DNA of 32,000 nt from Candidatus Hadarchaeota archaeon (GCA_964514965.1 CAZETV010000001.1:300001-332000); one strand, 5' to 3'; positions 19,711-27,508 are shown, counted from the stretch's first letter. Notes: generated by a model not told the origin, from the sequence alone. Translations and numbers: made by a program.

Positions 19711-19741
19711 TTTGCCATAATCTAGAAAGGAGAGATTGAAT

Positions 19742-20098
19742 ATGCCGAATAATAAAGAAGGAATAAGTTTAAGCGCAGTAGTTGGAGGCATCGTGCAAGC
19801 CTTAAGGGAAGCGAAGCACTTAGGAGATATAGAAAGTGCAAAATTATTTGAAACCTATAAAAAAGAAAAGGCCCTTTACCCATTCAGTGTTCCTGCTTTT
19901 ACAATTTCTGATACAGATATAGAATTGCGGTTTTCAATTATGCAGCCTTCTGAGGAGGAGAAAAGAAAAGGGCAGATACAAGACCTCAAGGTGAATGTTT
20001 CCTCAGAGTCTCTTAAAAAACTTGAAGCACACCAAGTCAGTGCAATGAAACTCAAGATTGCCCCTGTGAGTATGAGAGTCTTCGAGGAAAAAAAATAA
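19742..20098 (+). CDS. Uncharacterized protein P3: short divergent paralog of P1/P2
   Basis: SD GGAGAG lies 7 nt before ATG 19742 (ORF-track TTG at 19736). ISLSAVVGGIVQALREAK parallels LPLQHIIGSPLVAAIKAQ. FSVPAFTISDTDIELRFSI parallels TVPLLAMV...MTIDFEFQI. It lacks the IPEG tail. Confidence 0.65.
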   Translation: MPNNKEGISLSAVVGGIVQALREAKHLGDIESAKLFETYKKEKALYPFSVPAFTISDTDIELRFSIMQPSEEEKRKGQIQDLKVNVSSESLKKLEAHQVSAMKLKIAPVSMRVFEEKK

Positions 20099-20120
20099 AA
20101 TTCTTTGTATAAGGAGGGAA

Positions 20121-21074
20121 TTGGATATAATTTCAAGGAGCGATGTCATCAGAAACGCTGAACAATATAGAAATATTCAACCTTGGACCCCGACAAATAG
20201 TACACATGGAAATTTCCACAGCGCTTTTGTACATGGCGTAGACGACCCGGTGAGTCAAGAATGTAAGATACGGCAATACGATGTCTTTCCTTACGTGTAC
20301 GGTAGAACCTCTATTCTTACCGTAAATCAATTTTTAAACGCTGTACAACATGGAACCTGCCCCGGTGGCTGGGACACACAAACGGGATGGGGCACGGGAC
20401 ATTTTGGAAATATTCGAAGAAATCTTGCAGGAATAGATTGTTCCGAGTATGTAATGAAATCTTGGGGATTTGCGAGTAAGGTAATAAATGGAACTTGGTA
20501 CGGCACGACCAATTTACCACAATTATGTTTGCAAATAAGAAGAGACGAGTTAGGCACCGGAGATATATTGCTGAGAAGGGGGCACGTTAGGATTTTTGAT
20601 CGTTGGGTTGGTCCCGGTAGAAACAATGTTTGGATATACGAAGCCGCTGGGGCGAGAGACGAAACGCAAGCCCAACGTAACGCCTTACAGTGCCCATTCA
20701 ATCCCGGTGATGACCAAGGCTGTGTAGGCAGATGGATGAGACCATGGGATGCTGGATATACGCCGTATTCACCTTTTCCCCAATTTACAGACCCAACCCC
20801 TAGTATTTTTCAAGGGACCAACCCGCCAATATCTGTAAAGATCGCGGGAAGCGGAAATATAGGTGGAATGTCTATGTCTGTTGATGATAATTCAGTAAGT
20901 TTCTCGCCCAGTTCCGTTTACGATAGAAATCGTCGCAGAGCTTGTGTCCAAATCAACTGGATACCCAATCAAAGTTTATCATTCGGAACGCACACCGTAA
21001 AAGTTGGTGCAACAAACAGAATCTTAGAAAAAAATTTTTTTGCTGGATATACTTGGAATTTCGAGATTATATGA
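20121..21074 (+). CDS. NlpC/P60-like papain-fold cysteine hydrolase with beta-rich C-terminal domain
   Basis: AGIDCSEYV (Cys107, codon 20439-20441) followed by GDILLRRGHVRIF (His155, codon 20583-20585) and WIYEAAG (Glu174). The order and spacing match the NlpC/P60 Cys-His-polar triad. No N-terminal hydrophobic signal is present. TTG start lies just after AAGGAGGG. Confidence 0.65.
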   Translation: MDIISRSDVIRNAEQYRNIQPWTPTNSTHGNFHSAFVHGVDDPVSQECKIRQYDVFPYVYGRTSILTVNQFLNAVQHGTCPGGWDTQTGWGTGHFGNIRRNLAGIDCSEYVMKSWGFASKVINGTWYGTTNLPQLCLQIRRDELGTGDILLRRGHVRIFDRWVGPGRNNVWIYEAAGARDETQAQRNALQCPFNPGDDQGCVGRWMRPWDAGYTPYSPFPQFTDPTPSIFQGTNPPISVKIAGSGNIGGMSMSVDDNSVSFSPSSVYDRNRRRACVQINWIPNQSLSFGTHTVKVGATNRILEKNFFAGYTWNFEII

Positions 21075-21118
21075 TGTTTTCCTTCTACCACATGCATTGA
21101 AGTAATAGCCTCAGCAAC

Positions 21119-22636
21119 CTACATGAACGCCTTCGCATCCTCGCGTTTGTGTAAATTACGCCGTTCGAACTCGCGTGCGGCTTCACCCAAACCAGTCCCA
21201 TGCGCCAACTCCCGCGAACTCCTCCGTCTAACTCTCACAAAGATAGGGTGATTCACGGCCTCGCCCACGACCAATGCCTCGCCCACAGGCAGCGAGGAGA
21301 TCATGTCTGCAACCTCGCTCGTTATCGCTTCCGAAGATTGTTTGATGTGCTCGAGGTCGTAGGGATTTGTGACGCGCAGGATGATGTTTGTGTTTGCCTG
21401 TGAAAGCACGGTTGTCGAGAGCCTCACTGGGCGTTGGGAAATGAGTATAAGCGAAGCGTAAAACTTTCGGCCCTCGCGAGCAAGTGTTTCAATTATCGGC
21501 CTCGAAATCGCCGTTTTCTTGGACTCGCCAGATGGGCAAAACTGATGAGCTTCCTCTAAGCAGAGCACAAACGGGGGCACGCAACCTCTTTTGCGGGCGT
21601 TAAATAACCTCCGCGTAGCATACGCCACGAAAATCTGTTTCTTCCTCAAGCTGACTACGTCGCTGAGGTCAATCACCACCACCTTTCCCGGCTCGACGAT
21701 ATTCTCCAATCTCGGACAATCGGCTAGGTCGAAGATGCCGAGTGAACGGAGGTCGAACAGCCACCCGAGCAAAGCCTGCTGAAGCTGTCTATGGATATCC
21801 CCGTCCCCATCAACCCGCGAGATGACCTCATCCAACCCAAACGGACCCTTGCCCGCACGCATCTCGGCTCGCAACTCGCCAAGCACCCGCTGAAGCTCGC
21901 GCGCTTGCATCCCGGAAATGTCGGGCATAAACTCCTTGAACTGATACGAGCTCAGGTTCGGCACGCCTATCTTGAGTTCTCTGCCTTTGACGACATTCAC
22001 GCGGTCGGGAAAACTTTCGACCAACCCAGTATACTCACCGTGAACATCAATCACGACGACAGCAGGCCGCCCCCGCTCGGGCAGACGACCTAGCAGCTCC
22101 TCAATTATCACCTGAGTGCTTACGCTCTTGCCGGCCCCACTCATTGCGAGCACCGCTACATGTTTACGCAACAGCCTCGTAAGGTCGAGCTTCACAGTTA
22201 GCTCGTGGTGCTTGAGTTTGCCCAGCCCTACCCCGTCGTCCGGATTTAATCCGAGAAATCGCGTTAGCACATCTAATCTAACTTCTTGCACTTTTTGCCC
22301 AGGTGACGGCGGGAAAGTAGTCCGCTCAAGCCCATACTCAGATTGGACCCCGAGCGCCTGAGCTTCGGCTATGAGGTACTCCCAGCGATCTATAGGAAAG
22401 ACTGTCGCCAGTGGTCTGCCGCCCCGCTCGTACTCTTTGACCGACTCGGCCCGCATGAAATACCGATTGGTTTTCATCAAGTTCGTGACGAAGGCTATCA
22501 CCCGCCCTTCCTCGGTCTCGACTTCTACGAATTGTCCTTTTCGAACCGGCATCTTACTTTGGGCCTCGGTGACTACGAAGGAAAATTTGCTTGGTGAGGG
22601 ACCATCCCCTGTAGCGACAATTGTTCCCAATTCCAT
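21119..22636 (-). CDS. herA: HerA-type hexameric DNA translocase/helicase (FtsK-HerA superfamily)
   Basis: 505 aa. The N-terminus is HAS-barrel-like (FSFVV...KGQFVEVE...GRVIAFV). Walker A LAMSGAGKS and Walker B-like VVVIDVHGEY are present. It lies 9 bp downstream of nurA. Confidence 0.85.
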   Translation of the reverse strand: MELGTIVATGDGPSPSKFSFVVTEAQSKMPVRKGQFVEVETEEGRVIAFVTNLMKTNRYFMRAESVKEYERGGRPLATVFPIDRWEYLIAEAQALGVQSEYGLERTTFPPSPGQKVQEVRLDVLTRFLGLNPDDGVGLGKLKHHELTVKLDLTRLLRKHVAVLAMSGAGKSVSTQVIIEELLGRLPERGRPAVVVIDVHGEYTGLVESFPDRVNVVKGRELKIGVPNLSSYQFKEFMPDISGMQARELQRVLGELRAEMRAGKGPFGLDEVISRVDGDGDIHRQLQQALLGWLFDLRSLGIFDLADCPRLENIVEPGKVVVIDLSDVVSLRKKQIFVAYATRRLFNARKRGCVPPFVLCLEEAHQFCPSGESKKTAISRPIIETLAREGRKFYASLILISQRPVRLSTTVLSQANTNIILRVTNPYDLEHIKQSSEAITSEVADMISSLPVGEALVVGEAVNHPIFVRVRRRSSRELAHGTGLGEAAREFERRNLHKREDAKAFM

Positions 22637-22645
22637 GAATTCACC

Positions 22646-23821
22646 TCAGAAAGGTCTCCGGTTCCGCCTCAGGTCGAGCAAGGCAGAGGGGCCGAGACGA
22701 TCCGCGATGCTGTCGCGCACGATGCTCAAATCCTCCTCGGTCAGACGGGCACACACATCCGCCTCGATGAGCACCGAAGGGAGCCCGAAAGCATCATGGT
22801 GAGAAGAAAGCGCGTAGACGAGCGGCGCGACGCTATCTGCAGTCGCCACGGGGTCGTCTCTGAACTCGATGAACTCCACTCGCAACGGGCGGTCGAACAG
22901 CACGGTCTTGAGGTAAAATGCGTAAACTCGCATCGCCCATTTGCCGATGTCGCGAAGCACATATTTCGATGGGCTCTCGGCATAGTGGAAGATGGAGGTA
23001 CGTTCTCCCACTCCGAGCACGTGATCGAGGAGAACTGTGTCCCGCGAGTGTTCTAGAATCTCCAGCTCTTTTTCTTCGAGGCCGAGACCACCTAAACTTG
23101 GTATCACTTTATGCCTGATGATATCGATAAAGCGCCCACCCCGGCTGTCCTTAACCGCGCCTGCAAGCAGAACCCCCGACTCCGCGCAGGTCTCGTAAAG
23201 CTTCGTGTACGCATTGAGGAGTTCGTGATAACGTTCAAGCAAGCTTTTGTTGTGGGGAAAGCGGTCGATGTACTGGGGCACTACAGAGCCGTCCAGTAAC
23301 AGGAGTTTAACTTCATTTGCTCGGAGCGCCTCGGTAGCGAGCTCAATTTCAGTCAGCTGACGTTCCATTCCGGCAAGGAGCTCAAATTCTCGAGCATCCA
23401 GCGGTTCCGTAACGTCAATCAGGCAAGGAAATGGTATCTCGCTTGGGAAGTATTTGGCCCACTCCAGACCGGCTTTGTGATAGTGAAATATTGCAACAAT
23501 CGCTCGCAAGAGGATGAGATCTAGACCATGAAGCTGCTGCTCTAGCATCCCTCCATCTACACCCGCTACCGTCAAATCCGCGAGTGCGTCTTGCTTAATC
23601 GGCTCCACGAGAGAATGCTCAATAATTTCTTCCACACCATCCAAAGCCACCTCCCTTAACCCAACGAGAGCCTTGGCAACCTTTCGCCTTTGCCCTTCCT
23701 GTTTGCGTATTCGCTCGGCTATGCTGTCAAGTGTGTCCTCAAGTCCTGCGTGTCCCTCTGAGAAACCAAACTTTCGTACAGGTGAAACCATTTGATCACC
23801 CATTTCACCGCTCGGACCCAT
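22646..23821 (-). CDS. nurA: NurA 5'-3' nuclease
   Basis: About 391 aa from ATG 23821 (GGGGGAGG SD 4 nt upstream; the longer ORF-track start at 23920 is unlikely). VAGVDGG and LLLDGSVVPQ motifs are typical of the NurA domain. It is paired with herA. Confidence 0.8.
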   Translation of the reverse strand: MGPSGEMGDQMVSPVRKFGFSEGHAGLEDTLDSIAERIRKQEGQRRKVAKALVGLREVALDGVEEIIEHSLVEPIKQDALADLTVAGVDGGMLEQQLHGLDLILLRAIVAIFHYHKAGLEWAKYFPSEIPFPCLIDVTEPLDAREFELLAGMERQLTEIELATEALRANEVKLLLLDGSVVPQYIDRFPHNKSLLERYHELLNAYTKLYETCAESGVLLAGAVKDSRGGRFIDIIRHKVIPSLGGLGLEEKELEILEHSRDTVLLDHVLGVGERTSIFHYAESPSKYVLRDIGKWAMRVYAFYLKTVLFDRPLRVEFIEFRDDPVATADSVAPLVYALSSHHDAFGLPSVLIEADVCARLTEEDLSIVRDSIADRLGPSALLDLRRNRRPF

Positions 23822-23900
23822 TTTTCCTCCCCCGATTTGGGAATGTGGAAGAATATTTAAGTGGATTTTGGGGAGAGGTCGGCGAAAGTAATTTATAAGG

Positions 23901-23908
23901 ATTATAAA
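23901..23908 (-). promoter_or_regulatory. Candidate TATA box for nurA-herA
   Basis: The minus strand reads ccTTTATAATccTTATAAATta, two TATA-like elements forming a 7-nt-arm inverted repeat (23892-23908), 70-80 nt upstream of the nurA ATG. Confidence 0.3.
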
Positions 23909-23939
23909 GGGGTGAAACAACCGACCTTCGAATGCCCAA

Positions 23940-25142
23940 TTACTTTATTTTCCGGCGGGCGGCTTCCTCAACGCGCTTTATTATCTCGCGGAGTGACAAG
24001 CCCGTTCGTTCAGCGATTTTTTTAACATCTTCGTACTCAGCGGCAGAACAGACCAGATTTCCCTGCTCTCGCGCTACTTTCACGCGAGGTTTGAATTCAC
24101 GCCCGGCTAGCTTCACACCAACCTGCACGACTTCTCGCTCGAGAGCGTAGCGGTGCACCGTAGGCAGTACGCGCACACCAAGAGTCCCAGTTTCCGATAT
24201 CAACACGCGCGCGAGTCGTTCGGCATCCTTGGGTCTGGCGAGCACCTTGATTAAAAAGCCAGGCCTTCCCTTCTTCATAATAACCGGAACGGCGCTCGCG
24301 TCCAGCGCGCCTTCCGCGAGCAGTTTTTCGATTGTGTAACCGACGACCTCACCCGAGACATCATCGACGTTCGTCTCGAGCACCGCTATCTCCTGAAGCT
24401 TGAGCTCGCGCCCGCTCGCCTCGCCCATGCAGACGCGCACGAGATTTGGCGAGGGAATTTTTCTCGCACCCGCGCCGTAGCCTATTGCATCAATGCGCAT
24501 CGCAGGGCATACATCGACGAATCGGTTGGCAAGCGTGACGATCAGGGCCGCGCCAGTTGGGGTGGTGAGTTCGACGTTCGCAGCCACGCCTCGAATTGGT
24601 TTTCCTCGAAGAATTTCAAGCGTGGCCGGGGCTGGCAGGGGAATCTTGCCGTGAATAAAATTTGTAACTCCCTTTCCAACAGCTACTTCACTCACCAATA
24701 CCTCACCTTCGAATAGCCCCAGCTCATTGGCGGCCGTGCAGCATCCCACGATATCGGCGATTGCATCCGCCGCACCGACTTCGTGCAGTACAAGCCGCTC
24801 CAGACGCTTGCGGTGCACACGGGCCTCAGCGCGGGCGAGTACCCCCAGCGTTTCGAGTACTTTAAGCTCGACTTTAGGTTGCAGGCTGAGCCGTTTGACC
24901 CCCTCAACAATTTCGGGATAGGTGCGCCCGCTTTTATCGCTCGTTTTGACTTCAACCCGAGTTGCCTTGATTTCGTTCACTTTAACCCGTTTGATTCCCA
25001 CCTCGACGCTATCGAATGGCTTAGCGGCGGTAAGCATAGCGCTCTTCACCCGTTGGGGGCTCGCGCCGGCGTCGATGAGCGCGGCGGTCAACATGTCCCC
25101 CGAAACGCCCGCAATGCTGCAGTCTATGAACGCGAGTTTCAT
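23940..25142 (-). CDS. larC: Nickel-pincer cofactor biosynthesis protein LarC (DUF111, nickel insertion)
   Basis: 400 aa. The N-terminus MKLAFIDCSIAGVSGDMLTAALIDAGA is the hallmark LarC start, and the C-terminal half includes MKKGRPG. Confidence 0.85.
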   Translation of the reverse strand: MKLAFIDCSIAGVSGDMLTAALIDAGASPQRVKSAMLTAAKPFDSVEVGIKRVKVNEIKATRVEVKTSDKSGRTYPEIVEGVKRLSLQPKVELKVLETLGVLARAEARVHRKRLERLVLHEVGAADAIADIVGCCTAANELGLFEGEVLVSEVAVGKGVTNFIHGKIPLPAPATLEILRGKPIRGVAANVELTTPTGAALIVTLANRFVDVCPAMRIDAIGYGAGARKIPSPNLVRVCMGEASGRELKLQEIAVLETNVDDVSGEVVGYTIEKLLAEGALDASAVPVIMKKGRPGFLIKVLARPKDAERLARVLISETGTLGVRVLPTVHRYALEREVVQVGVKLAGREFKPRVKVAREQGNLVCSAAEYEDVKKIAERTGLSLREIIKRVEEAARRKIK

Positions 25143-25294
25143 GATAGCACCGAGTAAAGTCTCCCTTCACCAATATTTAGGTTCACCACACATTTGTCAA
25201 CTTTTAATTTCTTCCGCCAGCCCCAAACTTAATTAGCATTCTCGTAATTTTTATCTTTCAACTCAAATTGGTCTCGAACAAAACAAGTTTTAGT

Positions 25295-25314
25295 ATTGTT
25301 ATATATATAACAAT
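25295..25314. promoter_or_regulatory. Perfect 20-nt palindrome ATTGTTATATATATAACAAT (third copy of the TTGTTATA...ACAA motif)
   Basis: Read directly; it is its own reverse complement. It lies in the larC (start 25142) / usp (stop 25380) intergenic region. Confidence 0.5.
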
Positions 25315-25379
25315 TATGATTTCGGAGAAAGCCGACAGTTTAATTCTAGACTGGGCTACCACAATAAATTAAATAATTT

Positions 25380-25856
25380 TTACTTTTTTCTCTCCGGAAT
25401 CGGTCTGACTACCAGAATCGAACAGGGGGTCTCGTGGATTACCCGTTCCGTGACGCTCCCGTAGACAAACTTGCTTATCCTGCCCCTAGTGCTTCCGTTG
25501 TGCAGCTTCCCCGAACCCATCACGATGAGGTCCACATCCTCACTCTGCGCGACCTCCAGAATTTTCTTTTCAGGGTCACCTTCCTCGGTGATGAAACGGA
25601 ACTTACGCAGGCCCTTCTCACGGCACATTTTTCTTATGTTGTCAAACTCAATTTTCACCTCCTTTTTTTCCAGATCGAATATCCTGTCCCTCTCAGATCT
25701 AGCAACTGAAGAGCTCATGTGCAAGATGTGCATGAAAATCAGCTCGGGTTCGCCATCGACCCTACACCCGGCCGATAATCCGATAGCGTTTGTAACTCCG
25801 CTGAGGGTGTTGTCCCACTTGATGGAATCTACCGGCACCAGGATCTTTTTAAACAT
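25380..25856 (-). CDS. Universal stress protein (UspA family)
   Basis: 158 aa. MFKKILVPVD at the N-terminus, DLIVMGSGK..., and the C-terminal PCSILVVRP are typical of the Usp fold. Confidence 0.85.
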   Translation of the reverse strand: MFKKILVPVDSIKWDNTLSGVTNAIGLSAGCRVDGEPELIFMHILHMSSSVARSERDRIFDLEKKEVKIEFDNIRKMCREKGLRKFRFITEEGDPEKKILEVAQSEDVDLIVMGSGKLHNGSTRGRISKFVYGSVTERVIHETPCSILVVRPIPERKK

Positions 25857-26015
25857 CAGTTACCCCTACTCTTTCCAGATAAAAAACTTACCTAAAAGGC
25901 TTGGGATGTCCAACCTCATGTCCCATATAATTTTTCTTTGGACTTACCTTTTTAGCCTAGCAGGAAAAACGTTAGGAATATCATATAGAGTAAGTTAACC
26001 AAGAGAGGGACATTC

Positions 26016-27230
26016 GTGGAAAGCCTAGGCTTCTTGTTGGCGATCGGGGCTCTGATCATCATCGGGTTGGGCGGTTACAAGTTATCCCAGAGGACCGGCA
26101 TCTTTGATGTGCTGATCTATTTGGGCATCGGGATTTTATTCGGGAACCTATTGAATGTTTCCGCCTCCGCCTATCCAGAAATCACGGACGTAATCCTCAA
26201 CCTAAGCCTCGCCTTCATCCTATTCTACGGAGGGTATAGCCTATCCGTATTCTTCCTGAAAAGGAACCTGAAGCTAATCTTGATATTGGTCACCTTAGGG
26301 ATACTCATGACCGCCGGCATCATCGGCTATGCCGTGAACGCCCTCCTCCAGTGGCCCATCTTCTACGGCTTACTGTTCGGTAGCCTAATCTCCGCCAACG
26401 ATCCAGCCGTGCTGATACCGCTCTTAGGCCGGTTTCACGTGAAGAGGGAAGTCGAGACACTCCTGATCTCCGAATCGGGGTATAACGACGCCACAGCGGG
26501 TGCCCTAACCTCCGCTCTCATCGGCACAGTCTCGATAGGCGCCCTTAGTCTCGGGGGCGTGGTTACAGATTTCCTCTACCAATCCGCGGTCGGGATTGGG
26601 GTTGGGGCCGTCACCGGTTTTTTCTGGAGCGTACTGGGTAGAAAATTCAGAATCAGGCACTTCATCTTTACCCTCCCGATCTTAATCATGAGCGCCTATG
26701 GAATCACATATTTCGCCGGAGGCAGCAGTTTCATGGGGGCAATAACCGCCGGCCTCTTTCTAAAGATAGGACAGGAAAAATTCGCCACTGATTACCCCAC
26801 CGACAAGAGCAAGAAAATGCTATCTTTCCTCAACCGTACCTCCATCTTGGGTCGAATTGCGGTGTTTATAATGCTTGGAGCCACCGTCAGCTTTTCAGAA
26901 ATTGGAACAATCGGGATCGCGGGACTGATGGTAATCTTCATCCTCATGTTTGTGGCGAGGCCGGTTACCGTGATTGTAAGTTACCTCCTGGGACTGCTGG
27001 CAAAATCAAGAACCTGGGGCTGGAGGGAAATCGGCTTCCTGTGCTGGACCGGCAACGTGAGAGGTGTGATGCCCACAACCCTTGCTGTCATAATCATAAC
27101 CCGTGGAATCGCGTATGGTCACGCCATAGCCGGGCTGACCTTCTTGGCGGTGTTGTTGACTATAGTTATTCAGGCAGCCACCACTCCAATTCTAATCAAA
27201 AGGTGGAATCTATCACAGGAGGACGGCTGA
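26016..27230 (+). CDS. Cation:proton antiporter, CPA1/NhaP type
   Basis: 404 aa, highly hydrophobic with at least 10 predicted segments. The SANDPA motif (ND signature of electroneutral CPA1) and SESGYNDA are present. GTG start. Confidence 0.8.
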   Translation: MESLGFLLAIGALIIIGLGGYKLSQRTGIFDVLIYLGIGILFGNLLNVSASAYPEITDVILNLSLAFILFYGGYSLSVFFLKRNLKLILILVTLGILMTAGIIGYAVNALLQWPIFYGLLFGSLISANDPAVLIPLLGRFHVKREVETLLISESGYNDATAGALTSALIGTVSIGALSLGGVVTDFLYQSAVGIGVGAVTGFFWSVLGRKFRIRHFIFTLPILIMSAYGITYFAGGSSFMGAITAGLFLKIGQEKFATDYPTDKSKKMLSFLNRTSILGRIAVFIMLGATVSFSEIGTIGIAGLMVIFILMFVARPVTVIVSYLLGLLAKSRTWGWREIGFLCWTGNVRGVMPTTLAVIIITRGIAYGHAIAGLTFLAVLLTIVIQAATTPILIKRWNLSQEDG

Positions 27231-27445
27231 ACTTGAATTGCTTCAGAATTTGCGGGCTTGACGAGCTCCACTTAACAGCGGCTCGAACTTGGCGGGTATG
27301 AAAGATAATCCAGCTTCAATGCAAATATTTTTCCCGAGCAAATCAATGCGGAAAAATTTACAGCACGACAATAATTTCCGTTTCTCATCCGAAAAGGTCT
27401 GGCCGCGGTTTGAACAAATTCATCACTTTGACCCAAGCAGAATCT

Positions 27446-27463
27446 TTGTTATAGATACAACAA
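27446..27463. promoter_or_regulatory. Operator-like imperfect palindrome, site A (TTGTTATAGATACAACAA)
   Basis: Read directly. It abuts the BRE/TATA region of the promoter at 27468-27475. Confidence 0.5.
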
Positions 27464-27467
27464 AAAC

Positions 27468-27475
27468 TTTATATA
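27468..27475 (+). promoter_or_regulatory. TATA box (TTTATATA) for the small-ORF/cdc48 transcription unit
   Basis: A consensus archaeal TATA box 34 nt upstream of ATG 27509, preceded by an A-rich BRE-like stretch. The predicted TSS is near 27497, which implies a very short leader. Confidence 0.55.
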
Positions 27476-27483
27476 CGATGTAT

Positions 27484-27501
27484 TTGTTATATATACAACA
27501 A
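27484..27501. promoter_or_regulatory. Operator-like imperfect palindrome, site B (TTGTTATATATACAACAA)
   Basis: It differs from site A at one central base, is spaced 38 bp from it, and overlaps the predicted transcription start. Confidence 0.5.
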
Positions 27502-27508
27502 GTGAAAA

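Larger units (their letters stand above)
16898..21118. other. Compositionally heterogeneous accessory region (possible horizontally acquired island; no integrase seen)
   Basis: Hand counts of 60-nt samples: about 57-60% GC in 17161-17280, 30-42% in 17941-18060, and mostly 35-50% across 18181-21000. A cdc48 sample gave about 50%. All five genes in this region lack housekeeping identity. Confidence 0.4.
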
